From the NCBI GenBank assembly GCA_951406725.2, contig OX597827.1, forward strand, positions 50,592,001 to 50,656,000: a stretch of 64,000 bases of DNA, in the 5' to 3' direction. This stretch comes from Octopus vulgaris. Lineage: Eukaryota. This document shows positions 10,584 through 23,660 of this stretch, in pieces (positions within the stretch are counted from its first letter, which is position 1; the number at the start of each line of letters is the position of its first letter). The notes beneath the pieces were generated by a model. It saw nothing but the letters and a program-made list of their open reading frames with translations. It was not told the DNA's origin and did not search any database. The position numbers and the translations under genes are program-made.

Positions 10584-12916
10584 AGATTTGCGAAAGAGGG
10601 AGAGAAAGAGAGAATATTCACTTTATTACAACTGGCAGGGACATATATTAAAGATGGAGTTATTTACTTAACAACTAGAAAAAACGCGATATTGGTTTAT
10701 GATCAATATTTAAATAGCAATAAAGAACATGGATAAAGTGTTAGAGTAGGAGATGAATATAAGGAGCAGCAGACAGTCTATTAGTCTGTTGGAAGTTTGT
10801 CCCTTATGTGTATTAATGTCAGTCATCAATTTCTATCAATGAAAAGAAAATTAATGGGTTTTTCTTTTTTCCTAATGGTCAATAAATATTCAGAGAATTT
10901 TCTAAGTGGCAATCAAAACTTGATGTCTATGGTCGGTGTTGAATATTACTGAATGAAAGATACCCTGAACATAGCACGAAGAGGAAAGTCTTCGTGGCCA
11001 TTTCAACTATTTAAGTAGTTGATTATGAAATATAGATGGTACGATTATGAAACTTTAATAAAGAGCAAGAGTTTTTGAAAACTTTGGAGGCTACTGAAAC
11101 TGGGTTCGATTATTCCATCTCCTGATGAAAGCAGACGATAAGAGGTTATGATCTGATACGACGATTCGTGGTTATAGGTTCTTCTTTAACATATTTACTT
11201 CTCTTGCGTTGCTAAGTTTATTGCGAGTGCTATTAACGTCAGTAATCTCATTTTCATTTTTAAGAAACACGAAACATTTATGGTGAGTAAAAGGAAGCCA
11301 CTAATATGACGTAACTGTTGGAAGCGCAATATACAATCTGACAAGCCGAAGAACAACTTCGTTTCGAATGTAGCAAATCTTTTAGTTGCTGCTGGAGTAA
11401 AGCCCCAAGAAGTCAAATGTTATATAATACACATGAATATATAGGGTAAACATTATTGTCCTGTATTTCTAATGATTCTGTGTTGTGTATTTTCATCAAT
11501 GCCTTTCCTTGTGTTGAATATTTTCCCGAGCTTCTACAGTGTCAGTGAATATTGGAAGAGCTGCAGAGCAATTCTTTGGAAAATCTAATTTATATGAATT
11601 TTATTGAGCTCCAGTTGCAATAAGCCGTTAAAGCAATAACCTTCAGAGACAGGATCATTCGCTTTGGTGGACTCTGGCGGAGAAGTAAGGAACTGGCTAG
11701 TGAGACCCTAACTTGAACCTTTCGGCATGTTCGAAAGAGCGTTCATTGATCTTTTAATATGTGATACCGGATGTCAGTAGGAGGAATTGTCAAATTCCAG
11801 GTGGAGGCCTATGCACACGCGCACTCACACACACACATACACACACTCACACACACACACACACACTCTTACACATACACACATACACCAATAGTTTTGT
11901 ATTCGGTTTGCAAGTTTCTTGATGTGGACGTTTGCTGAAACAGATTTTGTTGTATCTTAGGAAGATCATTAAGTCAATAATAAACACACTCACTGGTCCT
12001 ATTGCACTTCCTTTAATATTAGTCAAATAGTTAACCATTTCACCAATTAACTAATCGATCATTTGATTAATCGCTTGATCAATCAATTATTCAGTTAACT
12101 AGGTTTGTCAAAGCACTTTCGTCTCCATTCGCAACCTAATCAATGATACGCTCCTCTCTATTCCTGGTCTGTTTCAAGTCTGTGTCTTGTAGTTTGCGGG
12201 TTCCATGTTTATATATTTGTATAGATGTGAGAATGTATGAGAGAGAGAGGGAAAGAAAGAGAGGAAGAAAAGTGTGAGCGTATGTGTGAATAGGTGAGTA
12301 CATGTTCGTATGTGTGTATGCACTTTTGTGTGTGTGTGTGTGTGTGTGTAGAGGTGTGTGTGCGAGCGCGAATGTGTGTATATCCACGTCTGTGAATGTG
12401 TGATAGAAAACGTGTGTAAATGTATATGTGTATGTGTGTGCACGCGTTTGTGTATATATATGGTTCGAATTTTGTGAATGGTGTAAGTGGATAAACGTTT
12501 CTTTCTTCGTATCTTTATTTCATCTTTGTTCTGTGTCGGGGCACATGTGTGTCGGTGAGGGTATGTGGGTGTATAGACATTTAAGAAAGAAGGCCTTACT
12601 TATTTGGGGGATGGTATCCATCAGATTACAATTTAATGACTCTTCATCTTTCATTCTAAAACCTCAAAGAAATAAAGAATTTAAGTACTAATGAACGATA
12701 CTTCGCCTACGCACGCAGAAAACACATTGAGGTATGTTTATTAACACATTAATGTACATTTACTAATACATTCGAATATGTTTATTTATCTAACAATTAT
12801 ATCAATATCTGTATGCCAACATATAAGACAACTGTTTTTTCCTTTCTTGTGGAAGGGGCAGAGGCAGTCCAACATGTCCGCTGCAGTATCTGATTTACGG
12901 TATGTTTATCGTCTAA

Positions 12917-13338
12917 GGCGGTGAGCTGGCAGAAACGTTAGCACGCCAGGCGAAATACTTTGCAGTATTTCGTCTGCCGCTACGTTCTGAGTTCCAATTC
13001 CGCCGAGGTCGACTTTGCCTTTCATCCTTTCGGGGTCGATTAAATAAGTACCAGTAACGCACTGGGGTCGATATAATCGACTGAATCCGTTTGTCTGTCC
13101 TTGTTTGTCCTCTCTGTGTTTAGCCCCTTGTGGGGTAGTAAAGAAATAGGTATTTCGTCTGCCGCTACGTTCTGAGTTCAAATTCTGCCGAGGTCGACTT
13201 TGCCTATCATCCTTTTGGGGTCGATTAAATAAGTACCAGTTACATACTGGGGTCGATATAATCGACTTAATCCGTTTATCTGTCCTTGTTTGTCCTCTCT
13301 GTGTTTACCCCCTTGTGGGTAGTAAAGAAATATGTATT
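12917..13338 (+). mobile_element. SINE family S2 with internal head-to-tail duplication and 12-bp TSD
   Basis: tRNA-like head GGCGGTGAGCTGGCAGAAACG..GAGTTCCAATTCC and Deu/Nin-like GCCTTTCATCCTTTCGGGGTCGATTAAATAAGTACCAG. Second headless unit from about 13150; TTTATCGTCTAA at 12905-12916 and 13339-13350. Confidence 0.85.
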
Positions 13339-13565
13339 TTTATCGTCTAATTAATGTTGAGGTTCGTGCATAATTGTATACATTAGTATTAGGCAGGTAT
13401 GTACATCCATGTGGCAAGATGAATGCACATAGTACAATGCGTCAGCAGCACACAGGTATGCGTGTAGATTGGGTTCATAAATGATTTTATAGAGTTTATA
13501 GCACTTTTATCTACTTTTATGTGTGGGAGGTGGGTGGTTGCAACAGTTTTACAATGTTTTTTTCA

Positions 13566-14060
13566 TTAAAAGATGCTTTCCATTCGTTTCCTTGTGTACA
13601 ATGTCATATGAATGTACGAAATGAAGTTTATGTCTATGTTATTTAATATGCCGTGAAGTTTATCTTTAGCATGCTGATGGAATACTGATATAGGTTTCCT
13701 ATCTCTATATTCTTCCAATGCTCCCCATTCTTTCAGCTCGACTCCAGGCAATTCCCTATGTTTCTCTTGATCCTAAGCTTTGTATCATACACAATATAAT
13801 TCCTCTTTTGTATACGTGGTCCTATCAACAGGTTATGTTTTGTTTATCTATCTATGGCCTAATGGATTTTCCCGGATTCTCTGCTACTTTAATTCTAAGC
13901 TTAGTGTCACTCAGAGCTTTCTTAAATTTATGGGCTAATCCCCCTTTCGGTATAGAAGTAATAAACAATATACCTTTTAAAGTTGTCGTTATTGTACCAT
14001 GTTTTACCACATCTATCTTCTTACTAATCCCTTATCCTTTATTCCATAGTTTGTTACGAT
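13566..14060 (-). pseudogene. Penelope-like element RT-thumb/linker/GIY-YIG fragment, degenerate
   Basis: Minus strand KGILFITSIPKGGLAHKFKKALSDTKLRIKVAENPGKSIR parallels QGVMFVEATGHGELARRFRKALKETKLNINIVEKPGNCIR at 61750-61875. Confidence 0.6.
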
Positions 14061-14649
14061 AGCCAAGTCGAGATATACACACTCTTGTTCTATTAATCAT
14101 CCAAGTTTTAATTCCCAGAAGTAAAGTGCAATGCTACACAGTTAAATGATCGCACTGTTGGCCTAATTATTTCCCCGTCGTTTTTTTTTTTTTTTTCCTT
14201 AGAACTAATCACTAGCTCTCAGAAGACTGACCCTCACAGTATTGTGTGCTCTCTATTCAGTTTTTAATTTTGGAGTTATCTTTATTTCTTTTACAGAACA
14301 AAATTGTTACGCTAATGCTTTGGGGTTTTTTTTTTTCACTTCTTCCCTACAAATAGAATTTGAATGATTTGTTTTTCTTGCGATAATTTGCTAGTAAATG
14401 TGGCAATTGTTAAAGATCAAATTTACAGAACTTACTGCAAAATATATTAAGTTACTTAATTCTATATAAAATTCTTTTATAGATAAGTTGAGCTGAAAAA
14501 GAAATTGGTGCTTATTAATTATTCAGTATTTCTATCTACACAGGCACTGTTAAGTGCAACATAAAAGTTTGTTACGTTACTCCTTACTGATAAAGCTGAG
14601 TACAAAGAGATGTCTAATGACTACAAAGCGGCCTAATAAAAATTTTTGA

Positions 14650-14687
<38 letters not shown>

Positions 14688-15003
14688 ATATGAACGCAAA
14701 CATATACATAGACACCGTTAGTCGCGAGTATTACCTGATAGTTCATACCACGCTTTCATTAATTGTCTTAGACGCCCATAGAATCACGAGCAGACAGAGG
14801 CATCCTTTCGGCCTGCCCGCTCTTTCACCCAGCAGAACATCGAGAATGTAACAGCTGGAGAGGGAAAAATGTCTGCACCACATCTACTCCAAGCTGAGTA
14901 GACTGGAGCAATGATGTGCCTTGCTTAAGGACACAACAGGCCGTGTATGTATTTGTACGTGTTTGTGTGTGTGTGTGTGTGTGTATGTGTGTATGTGTGT
15001 GTG

Positions 15004-15085
<82 letters not shown>

Positions 15086-15991
15086 TGTGTGTGTGTCTGT
15101 GTGTGTGTCTGTGTGTCTGTGTGCCTTTAACGCGCTTTATTAATGAACATAGGAGGGAGTTTCAAGTCCAGGATATTCAGATAATTATAGGACACTGAAA
15201 CTGGAATTACAAGAGGCATCTTGAATCGTAACCCTAAGTTTGACGTGTTGCTAAGCTATCGGTAGCGGAATAAATTCAGACATGCAATTCAGGAAATTTT
15301 AACTTCTAATAAAACACATACACACTTTCCTACTTTTAAGCATAAACTATCAGCAACTACGCACGCACACACACATTCATACATACATACATACATACAT
15401 ACATACATACATACATACATACATACATGCATACATACATGCATACATACATACATACATACATACATACATACATACATACATACATACATACATACAT
15501 ACCGACTCAAGGAACGCTGGTGGAATATTCTCATCAAAACTTCTGTCAAATGTGAACATAACAGGCTCGATATTGTTGATTGGGACGGAGGAGCAGCTGC
15601 CCTGCATGTATAAATATCTCTTTGAAAATCAAAGAACAAGAGGATACCTATGGACAGCTGCTTCGAAACCTCCACCTTCTAAATCCAGACTATGAAATTA
15701 TTTTATACCAATAATAATTAGAGCACTAGGTTTTTTTTAGTAAATGCTTAAAGGAGAATCTGGATAAACTGGGAATTTCTGGGAATTTCAGAAAGAGAAA
15801 TCGACCGGCTAATTCATACAAGTACAATCTGTAAGTGGAACAGTAAAAATATGCAAGACTTTTCTCAAGTTCCAAATGTGAATTTGTCTGTGTTAACTAC
15901 TTCCCACTGATAGAGCCTTGTATCTTTGTTGGAAACCGGCTCCCTCCTTAGTGGAAGATATATAATAATTAAAGCATTGAAGAGATGTACA

Positions 15992-16032
<41 letters not shown>

Positions 16033-16172
16033 GTATATGTCGATTAGTGTGTTGAAATGTTGCGTCTAAGCTCATACTACAATGTCTCCTAATTAAATGC
16101 TCATGACATGAAAATCTGAGTAACAAGGTGTAGTTCTTCATCTGATACCTAAGCAGGTTTTTTTTTTTTTCA

Positions 16173-16206
<34 letters not shown>

Positions 16207-17185
16207 ACTGAAAAGTAAGTTCCTATAATTCCATCAAAGGCCAGTCCCTTAAAAAAAAACAAAAATCATTAATTCTTAAGTGAATAGAAAAATAGGCTCG
16301 TTTTGTGGAACTTGAATTGGTTCCAATATTGATATATTGTCTCCAGCATCCGTAACATATTCTTGGTAAATATTTTAATAAAATCACCATCCTTACTACG
16401 CAAAGTATAGATTAACCGATTAGATACAGACCGAAAATAAATAGACCTGAGGCTTTTATCTGAAAAATTTGGCGAATCGTCAACTAGTTTAAAGTTGGCC
16501 AGGTTGATCATGTTACGACATTGCGAGGCACACTGCCATATTCATGTAAAATCATATTTTTTTCAGTGAAAGTTGCATACTATAATATACTTTAGTATAT
16601 TACATATAACACTATTTTCCACGTAATTTACGTTTTATGCTATTATGTGAACGAAAGCGCCGTTGGTTACAAGTTTTCAACGAATCAATTAGTAGTTCAC
16701 AGTATTTTTACGACGACCGTTATGACAAGAGATTGTCTTTTCAACTCGGGCGGAACAAATATCATGAACGATTTCATTGGAAACTATCGATTAATCAGAT
16801 TTCTCATTAATACATCTACTCACAAGATATTGGCCAATACGGAGCTATAGAAGAAGGTACGCATCCAAAGTGCCGCCAACTTCTTAGTTATTCCTAGACC
16901 TAGTCATGTAAAATCCCATTTAATCATGTAGGTTGAACATCATAAACTGACGTACGTTACGTATAGCAAGGTGCTTAGTATTTTATATCAACCAAAACTG
17001 CAAAGATCTCCTATAGGTTATAGCTGACATTTTTCTTCTTTTGGGTCATTCATTCAATGCATCAAACACTGTAATTACAAAGCAAGGAGAAAGAATCTTT
17101 CATGGATAATCTTTTGTATTATATATGTATACATACATGCATACATACATACATACATACATACATACATACATACATACATACA

Positions 17186-17218
<33 letters not shown>

Positions 17219-17576
17219 GGTGGCTGCCCCCTCGTTATCGAGTATGGCCATTGCACGAAGCTTAATCAATGTTGTTATCGTGCAATGCCTTTGCAAGAAG
17301 ATTTTTTTTAAGCGAGGAAAAGTTGTGCACTGAGTCAATCTCACTCACTAAGCAACAGCAGCCATAATCCGAAAAGAAGAACAAGTCAACATCATCGGTA
17401 ACCACTGAGCCGCAGGTTTTATGTCGGAGTTATCCCAGTTACCTGAGTTACCTTCTCTTACCTAACAAAGGCTAGGAGTCCTTCACTCCCAATGGTTTAA
17501 ACGCGCGATCGGGTATTCAGTCCGATTATTTCTATGTCCCCGCGCATGATACAGCCTTAAAACATTTATTGGATAG

Positions 17577-18852
17577 ACGATGGAGAACCCAAAAAAACCC
17601 CGGAATTTTGCAATATTATTTTATTCACCTAGTTTTACATGTTTACACATTTATTGCCCTAAAAGTATTCTCCATTTGAAGCAATGCATCGGTCCAGACG
17701 CGTTTTCCACTATTCGATGCAGCCCTAGTACCCTTGCGAAGTGATGCCTTTTAACGCCTCTGTCGTTTTATTCTTCACCTCTTCCACATCTGCAAAACGT
17801 TTTCATTTAAGGGCCTTTTTCATTCGGGGGAAAACAAAATCCGGGTGAAAAGGTAGGGTATGTAAAATGGGTCAAGCTATTTTTGGTCAAAAACTGTCTC
17901 ACTCTCAGGGCAGTGTGCGAAGGTGCATTGTCGTAATAAAACCACCACTCTCCGCTTCACCACTGGACCGGGCGTTTTCGTCTCACCATGTCTCACAAAT
18001 GCTTCAGAACTGCCAAGTAAAATGTCTGCTTAACAGTTTGACTAGGAGTAACAAATGCTGTGTGGACAATTCCTTTCGCATCGATGAAACAAATCAGCAT
18101 AGTCTTGACATTGGACGTCAATTGACGCGCTTTTGGGAGGCCTGGCGACATAGAATGCTTTCATTGACTTGATTGCTGCATCGTTTCCGAATCGTAGTCG
18201 TAGCACCACCTTTCGTCACCAGTGATGACCTCCGAAGTGAGATTCGCATCAGCTTCGAACTGTTCTTTCAGTTCACGACACGCATTCAGTCGTGACTGTT
18301 ATTGATCTTCCGTGAGCAAGGGAGGCACAAATTTTGTTACAACTCTCTTCATTCGCAATTCCTCGTTCAAAATTCTTTGGAAAGAACTCCATGACACACC
18401 AGTCATATCAACATGTTCGTCAATTGTTCGGCGATGGTTAGTTTATGAATTTTCATGATGTTTTCATTTGTTCGGGAGGTCGACGGTCACTCTGTACGAG
18501 GTTGGTTTACAAGCGACAAGTAACCATTCCTAAAGTATAAAAACCACTCATAAACATATGCTTTGCTCATGGTAGCGTCCTTGTAAGCTGTTTGAAGCAT
18601 GTCAACTGTTCCGTTCGCCGTTTTCCCAGCAGAAAACAGAATTTCACGGAAGCACGCTGATCCTTCGTTTCAGCCATCGCAAAAATCGACGAACAAGAGA
18701 GAAGCACTGCAAAATAAAGACGCACTACGTAGCAGTACGATAACGCCGATCGGCATACTGATGCCTGAGGGTCACATCAAGTAGCTTCTAACGGCAGAAG
18801 CTTGACGTACGATGAGCTTGTCCCGCAGTGAACATTTTTGGTTAGTTTCGTG
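17577..18852 (-). mobile_element. Decayed mariner (DD34D) transposon
   Basis: Minus strand VITGDERWCYDYDSET, SNVKTMLICFIDAKGIVH..FV...QTV..FYLAVLKHL, WWFYYDNAPSHTALRVRQFL; about 1.28 kb, with stops, frameshifts and degenerate TIRs. Confidence 0.85.
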
Positions 18853-18868
18853 TACCCACTCATACACT

Positions 18869-18933
<65 letters not shown>

Positions 18934-19329
18934 GTTGTTGTTGTTGTTGTTGGCATCGTTTTGTATCGAGAGACAATGCAGTTGCGCATAAAATAATACT
19001 CTCCAGTTTTGTGCAGGCCTGGGCTAGATGTAAGAAAATCCTGGGTAGCCCAATCGTCCGCATTCCTCTCTTGACCTTGTTGACATAGTCCAAAGGAGTG
19101 CAGAGCATTACGTTTGGCACCAACTTGATTGCAGGAGATGCCAGAAGAGTGTCGAGTCGAACACTAAACCGCCTGCGGGGCTCCACTCCGGATTTCTTTG
19201 AAGTTTGTCTCCTTTCTGTAACTCTGGATAGGGGCCCATACCGGGTACTGTCAGCTGGAGCCAGCTGATCCCGGAACTCGTGTCAAGCAGGGTCATCACT
19301 CTCTGTAGTAAAGAAAATCACCACCCACT

Positions 19330-19379
<50 letters not shown>

Positions 19380-19381
<2 letters not shown>

Positions 19382-19590
19382 TATTCACTGCCCACAAGGG
19401 GCTACACACAGAGGGGACAAACGAATTAAGTCGATTATATCGACCCCAGTGAGTAACTGGTGCTTATTTAATCGACCCCGAAAGGATGAAAGGCGAAGTC
19501 GACATCGGCGTAATTTGAACTCAGAACATAGCGGCAGACGAAATACTGCTTAGCATTTCGCCCGGCGTGCTAACGTTTCTGCCAGTTGGC
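19380..19590 (-). mobile_element. SINE family S2
   Basis: Reverse complement of the 12917-13150 unit; 3' tail abuts (TA)n. Confidence 0.85.
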
Positions 19591-19929
19591 ATGCATATAT
19601 ATCCATGCGTGTATGTATGCATGTATGGATGGATAAATAGATATACACAGAGAGAAATAGAGAGAACGATCGTATAGCCAAAAATCAAAATAATTGATCG
19701 TATTCAAAATATTTCTGGATTGGTAACCTCGTTGTTGTTGTTGTTGTTGTTGTTGTATACTATTAATCTGCATGTTTGTTACAATCACTTGCCGAGGCAC
19801 ACCCAGCGTCCTAGAGTGAGTGAATTATAAGAAATATTACAGAATGACTGAAAGCGTAAAGAAAGGAAGTGACAGGGTCAGTAGCGAAATATTTTCATGT
19901 GATACAACACAGACATTTGATAGGTTTTT

Positions 19930-21050
19930 TTAAGGATGTGGGCTGTAATTGTCAGTACAAATTTTGGGCTTTCTCTGAGACACGGTTCTCCTGGGATTTT
20001 ATCTAGATGTTTCTGACATCCCTTGTTTTCTCACATCCAGGGCACCTAAAACAACAGTTCTTGCTTTAAGATGCCACATCTTTTGTATTTCAATTTTCAG
20101 GTCCTTATATTTACATAATTTGTCAAATTCCATTACAGATATATTTTTATCAGTTAGAGCACATACATTTATTAGTCTACAAGTTTTTTCGTCTCTTTAA
20201 TAATTATGCCTGGTGAATCAGCCTGGATCGTCCTGTCCGGTGTTGACTGGAAAACCTCAGAGGAGAGTGACATTTTTGCCTTCAACGATTGCCTCAGGAT
20301 GATGTTTATATCAATAAGCAAGAGTGCTGATTTTGTAGTGTTTACATATTTTCCAATGTAAATACTGTCCTATCCCACAGTGACGATTTTTATATTCGTT
20401 TGGTGTCAGCACAGGACATCCCGTTTCATCAAATATGTTGCAAAATCTGCTTTTAGGGTCAGAACCGTTTTGGAGAATGTCAGCCTGGTAGTTTCTGGTA
20501 AGCAAGCTTCGATCTTGTGCTGCCAAAATGAAATCTACAGTAACTGCTTTCAGTTCTGAACTTCTCAGCCACTGATGGGTTGATGTTTGGTCTAAATCAG
20601 CATTTCGACTTCGAAGAATATATTGTCCATGCAGAGGCTTCTGGAACCACCACTCCTAAATTTGTTTCTGTCCGTTCTTTTCTGCAAGCTGCGTGTTTCA
20701 TTTTGCTTGTTTGGTGGCGGTGGTTTCAGGTTCTTGATTTAATTCAGGGTTAATACTTAGTTCCCTTGCGAGTTTGCAAGCTTCACTGTAACTTTTTGTT
20801 GCTTTTGTTTTCACACAGTCCGTAGTATCCAATCCTCTGTACTAGATGAGTACATGTTCTTAGATTTTTAGTAATTTTCTTGTCATCCTGTACAAATATA
20901 CGAAGCCCAGTATACCCATCATGGCTATCCGTCTGATAAGAGTACATCAGGCACATGCATCACAACCACACTTGATAGGAGATTTTTGCTCCCTGTTCCC
21001 AGGGCTCCGACACTTATTGGTACTACTGCTACCTTTTTCATCGACCACAA
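19930..21050 (-). mobile_element. R4/Dong-type non-LTR retrotransposon fragment
   Basis: Minus strand KPLHGQY, QWLRSSELK..FILAAQDRSLLTRNYQADILQNGSDPK, GCPVLTPNEYKNRH..YLHWKICKHY, FDKLCKYKDLKIEIQKMWHLKARTVVLGAL. Confidence 0.8.
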
Positions 21051-21054
21051 CTGC

Positions 21055-21084
<30 letters not shown>

Positions 21085-21085
<1 letters not shown>

Positions 21086-21530
21086 GTGACTCTACTTGTC
21101 CCCTTAGTTATCCACAGGCTTTCAATAATCTTTCAAGTGCTCTAAACGCTTCTGATAATCTTTCCTGTCCCTAAGAGGCAAACTTTCAGTAGAACTTCTA
21201 CAAAAAATTTTATTCCAATCTCCTTCAGCCATTTCTCTATTCCATTACTCACATTTCCAAAGACACCAATTATTACAGGCACAATCTTTACAGTTTTCAT
21301 ACATCAAATTCTCTCAATTTCAAATTGTAAAGGATTTTATTTTAAATTTTTCATCTTTCTTAACCATCCTGGAATCAAATGGACATGATGGCTCAATTAA
21401 TAGGGAACTTCGCTTTTCCTTGTCTATTATTTTTATGTCTGGCTTATTATTTTCTAGCTTATTATTCGCTTGAAGAGGAAAATCCCATAACATATTGCAT
21501 TTCTTTGACTCAAGCACTCTTTCAACTCAT
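21085..21530 (-). mobile_element. R4/Dong-type 3' fragment
   Basis: MLWDFPLQANNKLENNKPDIKIIDKEKRSSLLIEPSCPFDSRMVKK; 3' end runs into (ATT)n at 21058-21084. Confidence 0.8.
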
Positions 21531-21714
21531 TTGAGAAAATGCGTATAGTATGTACAAGAATTTTAAGCTGGTTATCATTTTTCAAATATAGCTTTATATC
21601 ATCCATAAAAAGGAAATGATTTATCTAGCCATATCCTTTTCCCAAATAAGCTATTTTCTCATAATATCATGGCCAATACAAATAAAAATAGAAATATACC
21701 ATGTCTGATGTTCA

Positions 21715-22385
21715 CATTCCAAAGTCTTTATTTTCCTCCAATCAGTTCAGTATTCCACTTTTTCTTACTTTCATTTACAATTTTCTCCATATTTTCTGTC
21801 ACTCCTAACGTGTTCATTGTTTTTCTTATCCAACTGTGTGGTACCATGTCATATGCTTTCCTGTAATCCAACCATGCTACATTCAGTCCTTGGCTGCTAT
21901 GATAAACTTTTCTGTCTGTGATTTTAAGCGAGAAAACGCTAACCATTGATAGGTAAGGGCTTTGTCAACATCAGCATTATTATCTCTCTTTGGAATTTGT
22001 CACTGAGAAGTTTTTTTCTTTTTTCTTTTTTTTTTTTTTTTTTGTGGGGGTGGGGCATTTATCAGTAAAAATATCTAAGTCAGCAGTTTAGCAAGGGCTT
22101 TCATATGCTTAGCTTTTTCTGTGCTTGTTTCTAATACGTCTGATTCTGAGACTTACTTTATTTGAAAGTCACTTAGATATATTAGATATATTTTCTCGCT
22201 TTCATGCTTTAAGACAAGTTTTAGCATCCAGTTACCAGAATTTTTCAGGTGTTTAGGCCAACAGTAGCAATCTTCATTGTTAATTCAAATTGTAAAAGCC
22301 CACGGCCACCCTCTTTTCTTGGCTAGTAAAATCGTTCTACATCTACTTTAGGGTGGTGCTTTCTTTTCATTCTCAACAATTTTCG
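21715..22385 (-). mobile_element. R4/Dong-type reverse transcriptase fragments (rearranged)
   Basis: LNVAWLDYRKAYDMVPHSWIRKTM (RT motif) and RMKRKHHPKVDVERFY*PRKEGGRGLLQFE. Confidence 0.7.
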
Positions 22386-22770
22386 AATTGCAGGTAGGGC
22401 CTACTTAGAATTTGCTTCGGATCAAGTAGCCCGTCCTACTTAAAAGGTCTCCGAATAAGTTTTGTTTAAGGATAATGATGAAAACACCCATGTTGTCAGG
22501 AGTGAATTTTTCAAACCCCAAAGAATCCCTCTCAACACATGGACTGCTCCCCCACTACTCCTGCTCGTGATTAGAGATGCACACATCGTCAGCAATTAAG
22601 GGAATTCTCAACTGGTTATGATCAAGCAAATGACAAGTAAATCTATCGTAATGAGCGGAATATTTGTTGTAATCCATCTTTTACACTAAAACAAAACATG
22701 TACGTGTTAACGCTTCCAATCAATTAAGATCAGAAGACACAAGAGCTACAGCCTGGCATTGTATCAGGGC

Positions 22771-22771
<1 letters not shown>

Positions 22772-22804
<33 letters not shown>

Positions 22805-22819
22805 ATTATTATTATTATG

Positions 22820-22897
<78 letters not shown>

Positions 22898-22908
22898 ATT
22901 ATTATTAT
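22772..22908. repeat. Compound (ATT)n/(GTT)n microsatellite
   Basis: Directly visible trinucleotide tract. Confidence 0.95.
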
Positions 22909-23489
22909 GCATCGTGGGGCGCAAAACAACTCGAATGTTAGATCTTTTATCTTCATGTATATTTTGTTGATTACTGTTGTTTAATCAGACGTATCCAATC
23001 ATAACTATTCTATATTTTCGTATATTTAGAAATATGTATCGTTACCTTTGTTTTTTAATGGTAGCGAGTAAGAATTGAGGAAAATTTGACTACTGTTTCT
23101 AACAGGGCGAACAACCGTGAAAGTTTTTCTCTGTTTGTTTGTTTGTTTGTTTGTTTAAGTGCCATATTTATGGACACAGCAACAATGTCACTAATCGAAC
23201 ATTCTGATATGAATGCTAAAAATAATTTTTCTAAAATATTTAGTCCATTTGACCTTGGCTATTCTTCTTTCAAAACAATAACAACTATTGATTAGTGGGA
23301 ATATATTTAAATATGTATTTCACATGAAAAATATGCATTACAGAAAGCTGGTAACGGAGACAAAAATTAGTCACTGCGCTTCTAAGTCTGATGTCAACGG
23401 AAGAGATTTCTAGTTATATTAATATTGCTAAGTCAGTGTTAACATCGTGAGTTAAACATTATAAAGTTAAATTTAAAATAATTCTGCGG

Positions 23490-23660
23490 CGAAGACAAAA
23501 TAACGCCAGTTCAATGGATATAAATGAATTATTTTGTATAATTTTGTCTAGTGAAAGAGACAACTTTAGTCATTTTTCAGTCTTACAAGACCTCTTCGTC
23601 GAAGTACATATATTTTACATAAGATCATATTCGGAATTGCCTTGCATAATTACAGAAATT
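23490..23660 (-). pseudogene. hAT transposase C-terminal dimerisation domain remnant
   Basis: Minus strand AIPNMILCKI..CTSTKRSC..RLKN..FISIELA resembles FPNI...ASAERSFSKLK...LSIE; frameshifted. Confidence 0.35.

Noticed and set aside
11090-11150. CTGATGA with nearby GAAAC as a hammerhead
   Set aside because: No helix I or II pairing around the boxes.
10600-11800. Non-repetitive stretch resembling a decayed transposase
   Set aside because: No motif could be recognised with confidence, and no long ORF spans it.
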